From the NCBI RefSeq assembly GCF_009914755.1, contig NC_060947.1: 64,000 nucleotides of DNA, one strand, 5' to 3'. A model generated the notes under the pieces. The model made no database searches, was not told the DNA's origin, and saw only the letters and a program-made list of their open reading frames with translations. Source of the stretch: the human T2T-CHM13v2.0 reference genome, Homo sapiens. Made by a program: the position numbers and the translations under genes. Positions 11,641 to 25,930 of this stretch are shown here, piece by piece; positions within the stretch are counted from its first letter, which is position 1; every line of letters starts with the position of its first letter.

Positions 11641-13620
11641 ATAGAATTGAATTTGGAAATGCAAAGGAGGTTCAGTATCAGTAAATCTATCAACATAATT
11701 AATTACATCAATAACTTAAAGAGGAAAACCATATGAGTGATGATATCAAGAAAGGCTTAAAAGTCAATTGATAAAATTCAGCTACCTTCCTAATAAATTT
11801 CTAAGTTAAATAAGATTAAAATAAAACCTTTTAAAATAGTACAGTTTACCAAAAATGGATGTGAAATATAATCCCAAATGGCAAAGCACTGACCTGTTCA
11901 AATAAAATTCAGAACAAGACAAGAATGCCTCTTATCTTTGTTTATTATTCAACATTGCCTTGGATGGTCTAGTTAATAAAAAGACCAAAAAATAAATGAA
12001 TACAAACATCAGAAATGCTATCTATTTCTTTGTCTGCTAATGGTATATTTGTATAGCTAGAAAACGAAACACTCTAGTAAAATCTATGAGACTTATTCAA
12101 AGAATGTGGTACCATAAAGGAATACAAGGTTACTATAAAACAAATAGTGTATCTCTATTCAGACAACAAACACCAAGAAATAGAAATGAGAAACGTTATA
12201 TTCACAATAATGAAAATAACCTGTGTAATACACTGGACTGAATTTAACAAGAAAAGCATCAGACCAGTATGAAGAAAATTGCTCTACCTTATTGAAGGAT
12301 GTAAAACGAAATCTGAAAATAAGGAATGAACGAATGAATAATAAAACTTTATATCATAAGACCTCAATTCTCCCAAAGTCAATATTATTTTTTAAATTCC
12401 AGTTGAAAATTGCCAGTGTGGTTTTTTAGGGGAAAAAAAGAGGGCATTTATACAATATAATCTTAATACTTATATAAAAGAATAAATACCCTAGAAAAGT
12501 AATGAAAAATAATAATAATGAGAGAGAAATATCTTAACCAGATACCAGAATATACTCTAAAGTCAATGTAATTAAATCAAAACATGGCAGTGGCATGGGA
12601 GTAATAGACAATTAGATCAAAGAAACAAAATAGATAATGCAAAATTGGAAAGCATATATAAGCATTTAATACATGACAAAGGTGATGTTTCATTTCAGTG
12701 GGGAAGAGATGGATTGTTAATGAACAGTGTGGATGCAGCTGGCTATTAACTTAAAATAAAGTTGGACCTCTATTTTATACCTAAAAGCAATATAGTTTCC
12801 AGATAAATACATATTTTAATGTAAAAACAGTAAAAGTCCTGCAAGAAAATCTAGGGAACAACATGCACAATCTAGAAATGGAGAGACCTTAAGATATTTG
12901 ACTATATACAATTCTTCAAAATTTTGGCAGAAGACATAATAATTAAATCAACAGGTAAACAAGGAATTGGAAACATAGTCGCACCCAGAGAACAGATGAG
13001 GGGTTTATAGGACCTCTTAACAATTGACAAAGAAAAACAACCTATTCAAAAAACAGGCAAACAGTGGGAAGAACCACTTCATAGAGAAGCAAATTCAAAT
13101 GGCCAATGATTTTTTTCAAAAGATACTCAGACTCATAAGTAAACAGAGAAACTTAAGTTAATGTAACAATGAGATGACTTATTTTTATCCATAAGACTTA
13201 CAAAATTTAAAAAGAGCAGTAAGATAAACTGTTGGTGGGGTTGCAAGGGGGAAATTTGTACTCTCATAAATTACTAGTAGACTTGTAAATATGTTATATG
13301 CTTTTTAAAAAGCAATAAGTCAACATTTGATGAAATTAAAAACAATATGCATATACCCTTCAACCCAGCTATTTCATTCCTGGGAACCTGTTTCAGACTG
13401 AAAAAACCAACAGCATGTAAGGGTATATATATATATAAATGTGTTTATTGCTATGTTGCTTTTTAGTGGTAAAATATGAATTGGAAATAAAGTGAATGTC
13501 CACTAAAAGTGGAATGGTTGAATAAATTATTCTCCATCTATATCACAAAATGCTGTGCAGCCATTAAAAAGAATGAAATAGTGAGATTGCTGTTGACTTG
13601 TAGGTTTTATTGAATGGGAG

Positions 13621-13793
13621 TAATAGTAACGATGATAATAGCAAACATTCATATATGGTACTCTTTTAAGTGCTTTACATATTTTAACTAGTTGACTGCT
13701 CACAACAACTCTATGATATAGGTTCTATTATAATCCTCATTTTCTCGATGAGGAAACTGAAGCTCAGAGAATCTAAGGCCACATAACTAGTAA
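13621..13793 (-). mobile_element. MIR SINE
   Basis: ctcacaacaactctatga...gatgaggaaactgaagctcagaga. Confidence 0.8.
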
Positions 13794-13879
13794 AAGACAA
13801 GAAGAGTAAGATACAAAAATGTGTGAGTAACATGACATAATTTCTGTAAAATAATCTATAGTAAAAGACAGGCATGGGC

Positions 13880-13886
<7 letters not shown>

Positions 13887-13916
<30 letters not shown>
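13887..13916. repeat. (TA)15 microsatellite
   Basis: Read directly. Confidence 0.97.
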
Positions 13917-13921
<5 letters not shown>

Positions 13922-14519
13922 GTTTTATATAATTATATGAGACTGGCAATATGGAAATATAATACTCAGCTGGTAGTATGGATTATTACATATATATTAT
14001 ATGTAAAGTATATTAAAAATAATTCAGGAGCCTCAGCATTTCAAAAACAATTTCAAAGAACTTGCAATTCCTGCTTCAGGTGAGACAAAGAAGGGAAGCC
14101 TGTCCCAAGGTAAGTCCATCCAGATCCTCATCACCAAATATCTCTTGCCCCTCCTCTGTACCCCTTGATACTGTGCTGATCCCTCCCTTATGGTGGGAGG
14201 GATCCGCATAGGGCAGAACTACTGTATTTAGAAGTGCCAGGTGCTTCCCATCCTATCTAAGCCAAGAGACTCCCTGGAATCCAGTCATCACTGTGCTCTG
14301 AGACTGCCCAACTGCAGAAGGCTTCTGAGATCCTACTCTTGTGCATAAATCTCAGATCTGGGACATGCAGACAGGGAAAAGACCTGCCTCATGTACACAT
14401 CTCCTTGGGAAAATAAAGTCTCATCTTGGGACAGGTTCTATCCTCCCTCCCATCTACAGCAAAGAGATTTAAACTTTACCACCCCCATTGACACAGACCA
14501 GATTCATGCCTAAGTTTAC

Positions 14520-15170
14520 AGCGACAAATAAGCAGAGATCTCCTATCTCAAAGAGTTTAAGTTCTTGAAGGAAAGATATGCCTTTGATATCCAATAAATA
14601 TGTGTTGAGTGAGGAAAATGATGACATACATGAATAAATCAAATACAAGGTAAAGAGCGAAGTGTTAAATCATAGAGCTACAAACAAAATACTATAAGAG
14701 TTGTAGTAGGGAAGGGCAAACATTTCCAGAAATGGTTTTGTAAAGAGATGGCATTTGAGCTAAATGCAGTGTTTCTGAATGCGTGGTCAGCATCAGATTC
14801 TCTGAGGTTCTTAAGAGCTCCAGATCTACTGAATCAGAAACCCCAGAAGTGAAACCCAGGAGTTGGCATTTTAAAGAAGCCTTCCACATCAATCTTATGC
14901 ACCCTATAGTATAGACCATGAGAAATGGGGTAGATTTGGGTGTGCAGAGAAGTGGGGAAGGACACGTAGTCAAGGGCAATAGCATGAGTAAAGTTTCCAG
15001 GCATAAAAGCAAAATAGAAGACAGTGGCCAGTTCAATTCGACCATGAGTGTTGGAAGTGGTGAAGAGGAACAATGAGGAATAAGATTTGAAAGATAGGTT
15101 AGGGCTAGATCATGGAGGGCTTGGGGGATGCTGAGTTAAAGAATTTGAACTTTATCCCAAAGGGAAAAAA
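14520..15170 (-). mobile_element. L2 fragment split by a MER5 insertion
   Basis: gatggcatttgagcta, agcatgagtaaagtttccagg, ggctagatcatggagggctt...gaatttgaactttatcc. Confidence 0.6.
14767..14921. mobile_element. MER5A/B hAT-Charlie MITE
   Basis: cagtgtttct start; ctactgaatcagaaac core. Confidence 0.7.
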
Positions 15171-15218
15171 AATTAAGAGATATGAGACAAAACAAAAATA
15201 TGACAGCCTAGACTTTCA

Positions 15219-15411
15219 CAGTGCTTCCCAAACTTAGCCATGCCTCAGAATGATTCCTGCTAAGTCTAGCTTCTGGGGCTCCACCCCAGACTTTCTGAAT
15301 CAGAATTTCCAGGGATGTGGATCAGAAATGACATCTTTAAACAACCTTGTTAGGTGATTCCTGGATAGCCAGCCTGGCATTGGTTCATAAAATGGAGTTT
15401 GGGAACCACTC
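15219..15411. mobile_element. MER117-like hAT-Charlie MITE
   Basis: TIRs cagtgcttcccaaac / gtttgggaaccact; ctgaatcagaatttccaggg core. Confidence 0.75.
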
Positions 15412-17626
15412 CTTTACTGACAAATGCATTCCTAAAAAGTTGTTTGTATGTAGAAATTTTATTAGTGGAGTCACTATGCAAAGTACTAAGCAAGTAGACT
15501 ATTCAGAGGCAACCTCCTGCAAATCTCTTTGTTCAGCAGAAGAAAAAGAAGTCACTTTCTTTGGAGTGTTTCTATTAAATAAACACCCAATTTAAATGTA
15601 AAACCCCTGACAACTTTCCATAACATGTGACAAAACAATTTAATGCCGGTATTAGTGATGATATATGGTTGTACAAATAGAACATGGGAAAAATAATTCA
15701 AAATATTTAAGTTTCCTCTAGATTTATAGCAAAATGAATGACCGTAAGGTAATATTGGAAAAGAGATAGTGCTAGTAGGATGTGATGCTGATAGAGCATG
15801 GCTTCAGGATGGACATATCTACCAGGTAGCCCTTTTGAGGTTGCAGGGGAAATTGAGGCACCAATATAGGTAGAAACCAGATGGTCACTCATCTCAACTC
15901 AAGCTCCAATAAGGATTAGACTATATGACTTCCAAGATTTCTTCTAGCTTTAAGATTTTAAGTTTGTGTTATTTGCACACCATCTACCTTGAAGATGGGC
16001 AAAAGGAAAAAAGTGGGCAGGGGAAACGAAGTTCAAGGATCAGTCTAATTCATCTTTCTAAAAAATGCACAGACACAGATGATTCTGAGGCTGAAGGTTT
16101 GTTTCCTAAAGCCATGTGATATTTTAAGATTGTCATTTTCCTTTAAGTAAAGTATATCTGTTACTAAAGTGTCTCTTCATTTTCATGAAAACACCTCAGT
16201 TTGGCTAGTTGGAATGTTGGCATAGTAATTTGTTAGCAAATGCTCAAAAGTCAACTTTGAGCAAGAAATTGCTAGTGTTTAACCTTCCAACAGCCAAGCT
16301 TGCTTCTTTTCCTCTCAGAGGGTGTCTAACCTCACCCCCAGAAGTTTCTAGCTCCCCTTCAATTCCAACTCCTTCCCTAATGCCCACTGCTATAAACAGG
16401 CCAGAAATCAGAGATGAGTTCTGACAGCAATATTTCAGGAAGGAAATGGAATCCAAGCAAGTCTTTTGTGTACCTGGGTCGGAGTCTCTCTTTCACAAGG
16501 TCTGTCTGAACTATAGGAATTCCTGCCCTGTGCAGCTCTATATTACTCTCCACTACTGCACAGCAGACAAGGAAAACACAGATAACCAGTGCTCTGATCC
16601 AAATTCACATTCACACAGTAATGAGTCAGGAAGGACAAGGCACCTAGAATAGAGCAGCTCCAGGTAGAGTAGTTGATAAAGGGTTAAATTTAACATTGAG
16701 GTGCTTTCTTTTTAGCTAATTCCTTAGCTTTTGGGTGAGAGGGTACAAGGAAAGGAATTAATTCCCAAACATTACTGTGCCTTGATCAGTGTGTTGGGAG
16801 CATGGAGTTGTATTTTTATTTGTAGGCCATGTCCTGCCCAGACATTTGTCTCCCCACCCTAGGCCAAGGAAACCTGGGCCTGGGTTACCTAAGAGGATAC
16901 CAATTCCCGTAGCATTTTCCCAATGAGTTTGGTTTCACCTACCTTAGAAGTGGAGACGCAATGGGCCTGGTGGTGAGAAACAAGCAAGATCCCACCATGG
17001 ACCAAAATCTTAAAGGGCCCTGTTGTTATTAGCGCCCACGGTCACTTGCTCCCAGGCCAGGGGTAGGAAGCTTCTTGGTCATGTCGTCACTGTGAGTTTC
17101 TGCGGTTTGCAATAGTCTGCATCTGAGCCAAAGCACCCCCAACACCCTAATCCCCTCCTGGCTTCAAGGGCTCCAGGCTGGAAAAGCAAATAGTCCAGAG
17201 TGATTGCAGGGGCCAGTGGACCCTATGCAGTTCATATCAGACTGTTCTGAGGAGTGGTAAGTCACAGGGTCTATATTGCAGCTATTTTTAGTGAAACTGA
17301 ATTCCTTCCCCAAGTTCTCTTGCTTCCAACTTGTTCTAAGTGTAGGAGACCAGCTGTGGTCAGATCATCTTACTGGACCAAGGCTCTGTCAAGGCGAAGG
17401 GACCAAACCAGGGAGGTGGAGCAAAGAGCTCACGGCTGTTGGTGCTTTGGCCCTTTCTCACTGTCTCAGACATCTCCAGAGCGGTAGGATCCTTTGGAAA
17501 GGAAAATGTCACTACCCAGGGGAGTGGGCATTCCCCTCCAATCTGGCAGAAACTTGATAGGTAGATGACATGAGAGGGAAATATCGAGAAATTGGCAAAT
17601 CTTTCTGTTTTTTCCCCTCAATTTGT

Positions 17627-17628
<2 letters not shown>

Positions 17629-17662
<34 letters not shown>
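17629..17662. repeat. (AC)17 microsatellite
   Basis: Read directly. Confidence 0.97.
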
Positions 17663-17666
<4 letters not shown>

Positions 17667-17949
17667 GATTCTACAGGCCAAACCCAGGTCTTGGACAGAC
17701 TTGCCAGAAGGGTCTAGAAAAGAATGTCATCATCCATGAGCCAGGCCAGAGGTGAAAGTATGAGGAGCACTGGTGCCTAGTCACTTTCCAGCTGTCATTT
17801 ATTGTTCTAAGAGGGAGTTTTAATGGGGAAAAAAATTCCAGGAAGATTTATTTTGGCTTTGAACTTTGGCAAGAAGTGTTAATTCATAAGAGGCAGTTCT
17901 CTGGGCTCCTGAGGGTGCTAATTTCTTTCCCTGGCTTCATCTAGGTAAG

Positions 17950-18228
17950 TATTGTACCAGCTGTGGGCTATGACCCATTAGACAGTAATGAAATCTATCT
18001 AGTGGGGCATAATCAGCATTAAAAAATGAAAAGAAATAAAATGTATAAAATAATTTTTAAAAGTTTCACAGAAAATACTCACTGTTAGTATGTGCAATGG
18101 AGTGTATTCCACATAGTATGTTCTGTAAAACTTTTGTTTCTTCTATGTACATGTGTACTCAATCGCTGCATAAAATGTATTTTTTTACTCTTGGTCACCA
18201 TAAAATTCTACTTTTTTGGAAAACACTG
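17950..18228. mobile_element. hAT-Charlie non-autonomous element (Charlie15a-like)
   Basis: gacccattag...tgaaatctatctagtggg...aaacttttgtttc...taaaatgtattt...aaaacactg end. Confidence 0.6.
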
Positions 18229-18294
18229 ATTTCGATGATTTGGTAGAGAAGCGCATGAAGATAAATCATTTAGCACTCCCAATTTTATGAATAC

Positions 18295-18470
18295 TACTAC
18301 TGTTACTATAATCACTATTTTAGGGGTGTTCATTATATGTCAAGCATTATTCTAAGGGTTTCATTTTCATCATTTTCTTTAGTTGTTATCACAACCTTCT
18401 GTGATAAATTTATCTCAGTTTCACAGAAGCAACAGCAGAGGCTCAATATCAAGTTCAAGACCTATCAAGA
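18295..18470 (-). mobile_element. MIR SINE (degenerate)
   Basis: tcacaaccttctgtgat...tttcacagaagcaacagcagaggctca. Confidence 0.6.
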
Positions 18471-20429
18471 GGAAGTGCTGGGGTATAAAGGTAGGTCTGT
18501 CTGTCTCCAAAGTTTGTGTTCTTAAAAATTCTAGACCACTTCTCTCCTTAATTGGCCAATACAGAGTTAATTCCGTTTGTTAAACAGATTTGAAAACCTT
18601 GGCTGTGCTGGTAGCTTTGTATAAAATCAAATGAAAATGTTTAGTAAAATAATTTCAGATCCCTAGAAACTTCTAGTAACCTCTTATTTAAAAAGATGGT
18701 TTAATTTTGAATTACTTACCTATTTTACTCAGAACCTCACACCCCAAACTGAGCCTCAAGATTCTCTAATGGACATCTGAAAGATCAGAGGAAGGAATAT
18801 GATTTTAAGGTATTCTATTTTCATGGCCTTACCCCTCTAGTTACTTCCATTCTATTCCACACAGAAATCTTGTCCCAGGGCGCATTTGGTTTTTGTCTTT
18901 TTATAGTTTGAGCTAAATCAGTTCAACCACTTTTTGAGTTGATGAGGAAAAAAATCATAGTTATTCCACTTCCAAAATAAGCTTCTCTTTTTGGGTACAC
19001 AGAAAGCTCAGAAAAGGCTGAAACTTTCAAACTTCCCACTTCACATATGGGGACTACTAGGTCCTCATTACTTTCAAATTTACTTTAAAAATTCCTAGTG
19101 ATTTGCTCATTTTGCAAACTCCTATGTTCTGTTGTCATTTTTGTAATTTCATGGCACATACTCTGCGTGCATGCCCAATATGTTATAGACCAGAGGTACT
19201 GGTTTCCATGAACTGGTTTCATGTGGAAAGTGTGTTTGTGGGGAGAGGGAGAAAGGTTAAGTAAGAGGAAAATATTGAATACAGCCTCCTGCAGAGCCCC
19301 TGTGGGAGTGCAGGTTAGATGAACGATGCCCCAAAGGGAAGTGTTTCCTGGCTGCTTGTGTGGATCAGAGCTACACCACATGGCTACTGGCTTCAGAACG
19401 GTATTTTCTCCAAACCAGGGAAAGCTGAAACCTGACCTAACTGGTGATTAGCTTCTCTGTAGTAGATCCTGGCCTCTCATCAGAGCTTCTCTGATCTTCT
19501 TTGTTTGGAATGAAAACTAATTGACTCGTAAACACATGCGGAATTTCCAGGCAAGAAGTTCTCCATTGTTACCAGTGACATGGCCAGACGCTGGGGTCAC
19601 AGGTGCTGTCAGGAATCCAGCCCAAATCTCAGCTCCCCACCATGCAGGCCCTGCAGCTTCCTGGCTGGGCTTGGCTCTTAGGGGCAGACATTAACCCCCA
19701 CCTGTAGCCACATCCTTCCGATGCTTTTCAAAACAGGAACAGTTGTCTCAGTCCTCGCATTCTCCTGGCTATTCTATTTTTGCCGGGATGGAATAGGATA
19801 TTGCAGGGCTTCTCCGGCCAGAGCTGGGCAGACTTGTCTAAAGGGAGCCCAGTACTCCCTGCCCCAGGGTTCCCCACCCCAGGGCATGCTCCTGGCTGTA
19901 TCTGTTCCAGTCACCACATTCATGGAAGCAGTGTGGAAAGGGGCTCTACTTAGCAACCTCACCACTCTGCTGAAAGCTTCGATGAACAAAAGGACATTTA
20001 ATAATAGAATTCCTCCTCTAGTATTTATAGCACCAATTGCTCAAAGCTGTTTTCGGTTTTATTTTTTAAATTCAAGCCTTTGTCACAACCTCCCCAGGAA
20101 CTGCAGCAGAAGCCAGGTATTAGCAGCTCCACTTCGCAGACCAGGAGACTGAGGGATCAATGGAGAGAGACTCTTCCAAGTATGGACAACATGCAGAGAC
20201 AGCTGAGAGCTGTCTATGTCTGAAAGCACACAGCCCGTTCAAACACTGTGCCAGGATGATGAGGCGGTGGTCCTTAACTCACTGACTCACTAACTTGATC
20301 ATCCATTCACCTAACATTAAGTTCTGATTATTTCCTAGCCACTGCACTAGGCACCAGGGATGCAGAGATGAATATGTTATGCTCTCCTGTTTCTTCAACA
20401 AATAAATTTCAAGGAAACAAAAGGAGGGC

Positions 20430-20815
20430 AAACTTAATGATTGAAAGAGATTTGAAATATACATGAACCAAATGTAATGTGTGGACCTTGTTTGGATCCT
20501 GAATCAAACATACCAAATTCAAGAACACATTTATGAAACAAGAGGGAGTGGATATTTAGTCGTTAAGGAATTGTTCTTAATTTTTTAGATGTGATATAGT
20601 TACTGTGTTGAAATTACCTTACCATTTAGGGTTATATACCATAGCATTTATAGATGAAATGACATGATGGTTGAACTTAAAGGGAATGGGTAGGGATATA
20701 GAATAACCAAGAATGCCCTTGAGTTGATGATTGTTGCAGCTGAATAATGGGTATAGGGTAGTTAATTGTACATTTCTCTTTAGTTTTGTGTGTGCTTGAA
20801 AATTTCCACAATAGA
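20430..20815 (+). mobile_element. L1MC4/5-like 3'UTR fragment
   Basis: aaccaaatgtaatgtgtggaccttgtttggatcctgaatcaaac...gcttgaaaatttccacaata. Confidence 0.8.
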
Positions 20816-21433
20816 TGCATATTTTTAAAATAGAAGTCACGGTATGGTAGCTGCCTTCAAGGAATTCCCAGAGTCTACATTCCCCGGAGACCCTTACTGA
20901 CAGCCATTTTTGATGAGCCCACCCTCTCCTGAGTTAGAGAGGTCAACATCAAGTAATGTGAGGCCCCAGCATAGAGCCACAAGTTCAGAAACAAGTTAGC
21001 TGGAGCACTGCAAGGCAGGACAGGAGTAACTCTGACTGATGTGGGTCTTGATGTCATTTCTCTCCCCATCAAAGACTCACCAGGTGATGTTTGAACTGGA
21101 AGGGTCCTAAGGTCCTCAGATAGGGAAACAGGCTGAGAGGCTGGAAGTGCTTTCCCAAAGCTACACAGCAAACAGTGATAAAATTAACAGTCTAAAACTG
21201 GGGCCTTTGACTTCCACAGCACGACCCTATTTTTCAAACATGTATAATATGCCCCCTACATGCCAGCAATCATGCTGGTACTATCATATAGTAATTTCAT
21301 CATTAGATCCTCAAATACAGAGAAATCCATATTTATTCCTTTCGGCTGCACTTAGTCCAGTATCCCCCACACAGTAAACACTTGACTGGAGTTGGATTTA
21401 ATTAGGGTTGGGTCCTGAAGAACAATTTTTGAT

Positions 21434-21742
21434 TGTCATTAGGATGGTAGGCTTTAATCCAATACGACGGCTCTCTTTTTAAAAAGGGGAAATTTGGACA
21501 CAGAAACAGAATTATATATAGGGAAGACAATGTGAAGAGAGATAAGGAGAAGACAGCCATCTACAAGCCAAGGAGAGAGGCCTGGGACATATCCTTCCCT
21601 CATAGCCCCCCTGAAGAAACCAACCTTGCTGACACCATGATCTTGAACTTTTAGCCTCCAGGTCTGTGACACAAAACATTTCTGCTGTTAAAACCACTCA
21701 GTCTGTGGTACTTTGTTATTGCAGACCTAGAAAACTAATACA
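21434..21742 (+). mobile_element. MLT1B-like LTR (5'-partial)
   Basis: gaagacagccatctacaagccaaggagagaggcc...gcagacctagaaaactaataca. Confidence 0.85.
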
Positions 21743-21804
21743 GCATATATGAGTAGGCAGCTAAGTGGAGGAGGAGGAGGAGGCTGAAGGAGGGTTGATG
21801 AAGA

Positions 21805-22686
21805 AATTCATTCCACAGATGCGTATTGTGCCCCTTTGATGTGGCAGGCACTGTGCAAGGTACCATGGCAGCTATAAAGATAGCCTTTTGCTCCCAGTGT
21901 CCTGATAAGTAGTCATCATAGAGATGACATGTTCATTCACAACTATAATATAGGAAGGAAGAAAGTAACTAGAACCATGAAGAAGTGCTGATAAAGTGCC
22001 AGTGAAGTTCAGAGCAGGAGAAAGAACTCTTTCAGCTAAGAGAAGGAGAGAATTAGAGAAGACTAAATACAGAGGGTGTCAGTTAAAATATATCTTAAAG
22101 ATTGAATAAAATTTAGACAGGCTAAGATATCAGAAAAGGGCATTCCAGTGGAAAAAATAGCATAGGCATAAGCATAGCAGTGACATAAAAAGAGGGGACT
22201 CCAGTGGGAACAGTGAGGAGTTTTTCAGATCAAGGTCTAAGGTGGGTGGAAGAGAATCTGAGGAGAAAAAGCTATCCAAAGGTACGCAGGAAACCAGTTA
22301 GAAGGCAGTTGTAGGAGTGTAGCTGAGATAGACGATGGTGGCCTGAAGTAGGATAGATATACAGCATAAGATTTGAGGCAGAAAAGGTAGCTCCCAATGG
22401 ACTTATTGAAACTTTTTCTCAGGTTCACGGCTATGGCAAACAGAGGGGTTGAAGTCACTTGGTTTAGTAAACTAATAGCACTTAGATGAGTCAGAGTGCT
22501 CCTGCTTAGGGCCAAGCTCATGCTAGGCCCTGACTAGTTCTTCCAGACCCAGGAGTGGGCAACACCATGGTCAATACCCTCAGAAAGCTCAAGGTGGGAA
22601 AGATGGGGGCAGTATATACACAACTAATTGCACGTTCATCTCACTCCACTTTGAGAAATGCTAAGAAGGAGATATATGGGATACTG

Positions 22687-22751
<65 letters not shown>

Positions 22752-23400
22752 TCTTCCCAGTCTGAGCATTCATCAGTCTGAGCATTCATAGAGAGAAGGC
22801 TTCTAAGAGGAAGTAATATATCCATTGAAAACAGAAACTAAAGGAAATTTGTGGTGAAGTGGTGGGGATTGAAAGGAAATCCTCTCAAGTAAAAGGAAGA
22901 CTCTGAATTGGGGAAAACCTCGAGAGAAGGTTAATGTAGTTGGAGCACAGAGAACTAGGGCAAGCATGGCATGAGATGAAGTTAGAAAGGCAGAGAAGGA
23001 ATAGATTATACAGGGCCTTATGCGCCATGGTAAGGAGTAGACACTTTGTTCTGAAGGCAGTGGGAAGCCATTAAATTGTTCTAAGCAAAGTGTTGATATG
23101 CTCAGATTTGCATTTTTAAAATATCCTACTGACAACATTGTGGGAACTTGAATGGTGGAGATAGGAAAAGAAGCAGGGGACCAAATGACTGAGAGTTACA
23201 GAGCCAGGTGAGAGACTACAGTGGCCTGGAATAGGGGGATGGAATGAAGATGGAGGGAAGTGGACACTTTTGATAAAAATTTAGGAACTATAATAAACAG
23301 AATTAGGTGCCTATTTGGAAGCAGGGGTGGAGTGGGAGGAGTCAGGGATGACTCCTAGGTTTTGGCTGGAGCAGCCAAAAAATGGTAGCAGTAGGGATTG
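21805..23400 (-). mobile_element. L2 fragments
   Basis: gcattccagtggaaaaaatagcata, gggaagccattaaattgttctaagca, gtcagggatgactcctaggttttggc. Confidence 0.7.
22690..22750. repeat. Compound (GT)n(GA)n microsatellite
   Basis: Read directly. Confidence 0.97.
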
Positions 23401-24699
23401 CAGCAAACACATTTAGGAGTGAGTGAAGGTCATGAGATAAATTTTGGAATTCCATGTCCAATTTTGCTGAGCAGTACAGTAAGGATGTAGTGGCTTCACC
23501 AGGCTGAAGGCTAAGTTTGTCTAACATCCTCTCATTTAGAGCAATCTGTAGGCTAAATCACTGAGCAACCTGGGGTGTCATGGTGCCCCACTCCTCATTC
23601 CTGCCCCTGTGAGTATATCTAAGGTGATCATGCTGGGTCTGTGCTCCCTGTGATCTCTGTTCTCCAGGAGTTCCTTATCTGGGACCTTGTATGGATAGGT
23701 TCAGCCCTTGGGCAGCATGAAACAGGTAGAGTCAAAAACAAGGAGACTCTGGATCAGTCTGGAAATTCTAAGACCGACTACCAGGCTACTCCCATTCCCA
23801 CCTCCCACCTGGAGAAACTTGACGTATTTTCCCAGTCATGAGCCCATTTGTTCTCCACGACACTACTATGACAAAGACAGGAAATGAAACAGCTGACAGA
23901 TGTGGAGACTGAGGCCAGAGAAGTTAAGTAACCTGTCCAAGTCATTTAACAAATACTCAATGTGTGTGCTTTGGGGACTGTATGTACCTTCTTTGTTCAT
24001 CTCTCTCTCTTTTTCTACCTCTCAGTACCCCTAGCATTTAGCACATGGCTTGGCACAGAGAAGGGACACAGCGAGCACTTAGTGGAAGATATAAAGTGAT
24101 ATCACTTATTTTAAGTAAACAAAAGAAACAGCAGCACCTTCTAAATCTCTCTAGACATCACCTAAAGTTCCAATCTAAAGCTGTCTGGATGCCCTTTCCA
24201 GAAATACAAAACATGCCATACAAAACAAGTCGTTTTAGAGGAACTACTTTTATTTGTTATCATTTGTTATATATCTAAGCATTTCAAAGTGCCAGGTATA
24301 GTAAATGATGGGGCCTAGCCTTCTACAAGCCATATGATCCTTCATTTAAATAAATTTAATCAAATGCCTTCAATAGACACAGAAATTGCCATCTGGGAAT
24401 ATGAAATCTGCAAGGGAAGCAGCAGACGTTTGTTACTAGAAGCTTGGATCAGCAATAAAATTGGCAATGCTGGAGGTGGGGAGTACAGGTTAGGGGGTAA
24501 GGTAAAAGACGAAAACAGCTCTCTTGGTGGGAGAATCCATAAAGGCAGAGACAGAGGTGTACGGCATGGGCCTTAGGAGGAAACCAGCTTTGGAGCTGCT
24601 TAGGTTTCTCAGGCTGAGGTCTGCATGTCATCAGGGCAACTTATCAAAGGGCCAATGTATTTGTGGTTGGAAAGGTGAGGGAGAATAGCAGAGAGGGAC

Positions 24700-25076
24700 T
24701 TCTCTCTGTTGATTGCGAATAACAGAAGCCCAATTTCAGCAGGCTTTCCCTGTCAGACTGGCCCCTTTCTGATAACCTCAGAGATATAAATCTACTAAAA
24801 AGAGATCTATTTTCCAATAATTCCAACCAAAACTCTAGAATTGAGTTCCATTGAGCTGGATTGAGTTCCATGTTTAATCCTAAACCATCAATGTGGAGAA
24901 GTGGCTGGAATTTATCAATAGGCCAGGCCAGGCCCACATGCCTATGCCTGAGGGATGGATGGGCATGAATCCCACCCAAACTAGTTGGAGTGAGAAGAGA
25001 GGCCAAATGACTCCTCAATGAAAAGTTAATGTCATCAGAAGATGGGGAGATTAATGCTGGGTAGGCAGAAATAACC
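24700..25076 (-). mobile_element. Old MaLR LTR (MLT1K/L-like)
   Basis: ttgcgaataacagaagcccaa...ataggccaggcc...atgctgggtaggcagaaa. Confidence 0.6.
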
Positions 25077-25329
25077 AAAGTGCGCTCACCAGCACTCACC
25101 AGAGGACAAGACTGGGGAAAATAACACACATGGAAAATTTTGAGGGGAATGAGTCAAGGCAGGAGATGAGGAAACAGCCTTGGATGTGGATGGGAGAGGA
25201 ATATTGGTGGAGACCTCCTTGAGACGATCCGCATGTCCTTCAGGGATTATTGCTTTGTGTTTGGGACAGTGACAAAATTCTTCACAGAACTAAGAGAAAA
25301 ATGCTCCTCTGCTGGGATACCCAAAACAG

Positions 25330-25585
<256 letters not shown>

Positions 25586-25819
25586 TCATGTGCTGGGGAG
25601 CAGCAAAATGCATGTGTCATGAACTAAGCAAGTGTGCATAGTTTGTTTGTTTTTGTGTGTTTTGTTCTGCTGTTCCAAACTCCTTCATAAATATTTGCTA
25701 TTACAAAGGATAAAATGTTCCACAGAGTACCACCAGGCAGAGTCTGGCTTCTCGTATTACTAGGGAAGTCAGAGAGTAGAAATGAGAAACTGAAAAGTTG
25801 TCTATCAGCCTGTTGGGGT

Positions 25820-25930
25820 CATTCCATCTCATTCAGCTTCAGATTTCTTGTCTGTAAAATGCAGATAATAATATTGTGTTTGTAAATACTTAGCATCCTA
25901 CCTAGTTCATGGTAGACACTCAAAAGTGGT
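25820..25930 (+). mobile_element. MIR fragment
   Basis: ttcagatttcttgtctgtaaaatgcagataataata. Confidence 0.6.

Noticed and set aside
14075-14120. Strong splice-donor-like sites (CAG/GTGAGA, AAG/GTAAGT); similar ones near 7050, 17945 and 29832
   Set aside because: No convincing paired acceptor or reading frame. A lncRNA exon cannot be excluded without RNA data
19721-20152. 143-aa ORF
   Set aside because: No recognisable homology, and its 3' end runs into a MIR-like fragment; consistent with a chance ORF
24644-25129. 161-aa minus-strand ORF
   Set aside because: Lies largely within an old MLT1 LTR; no protein features
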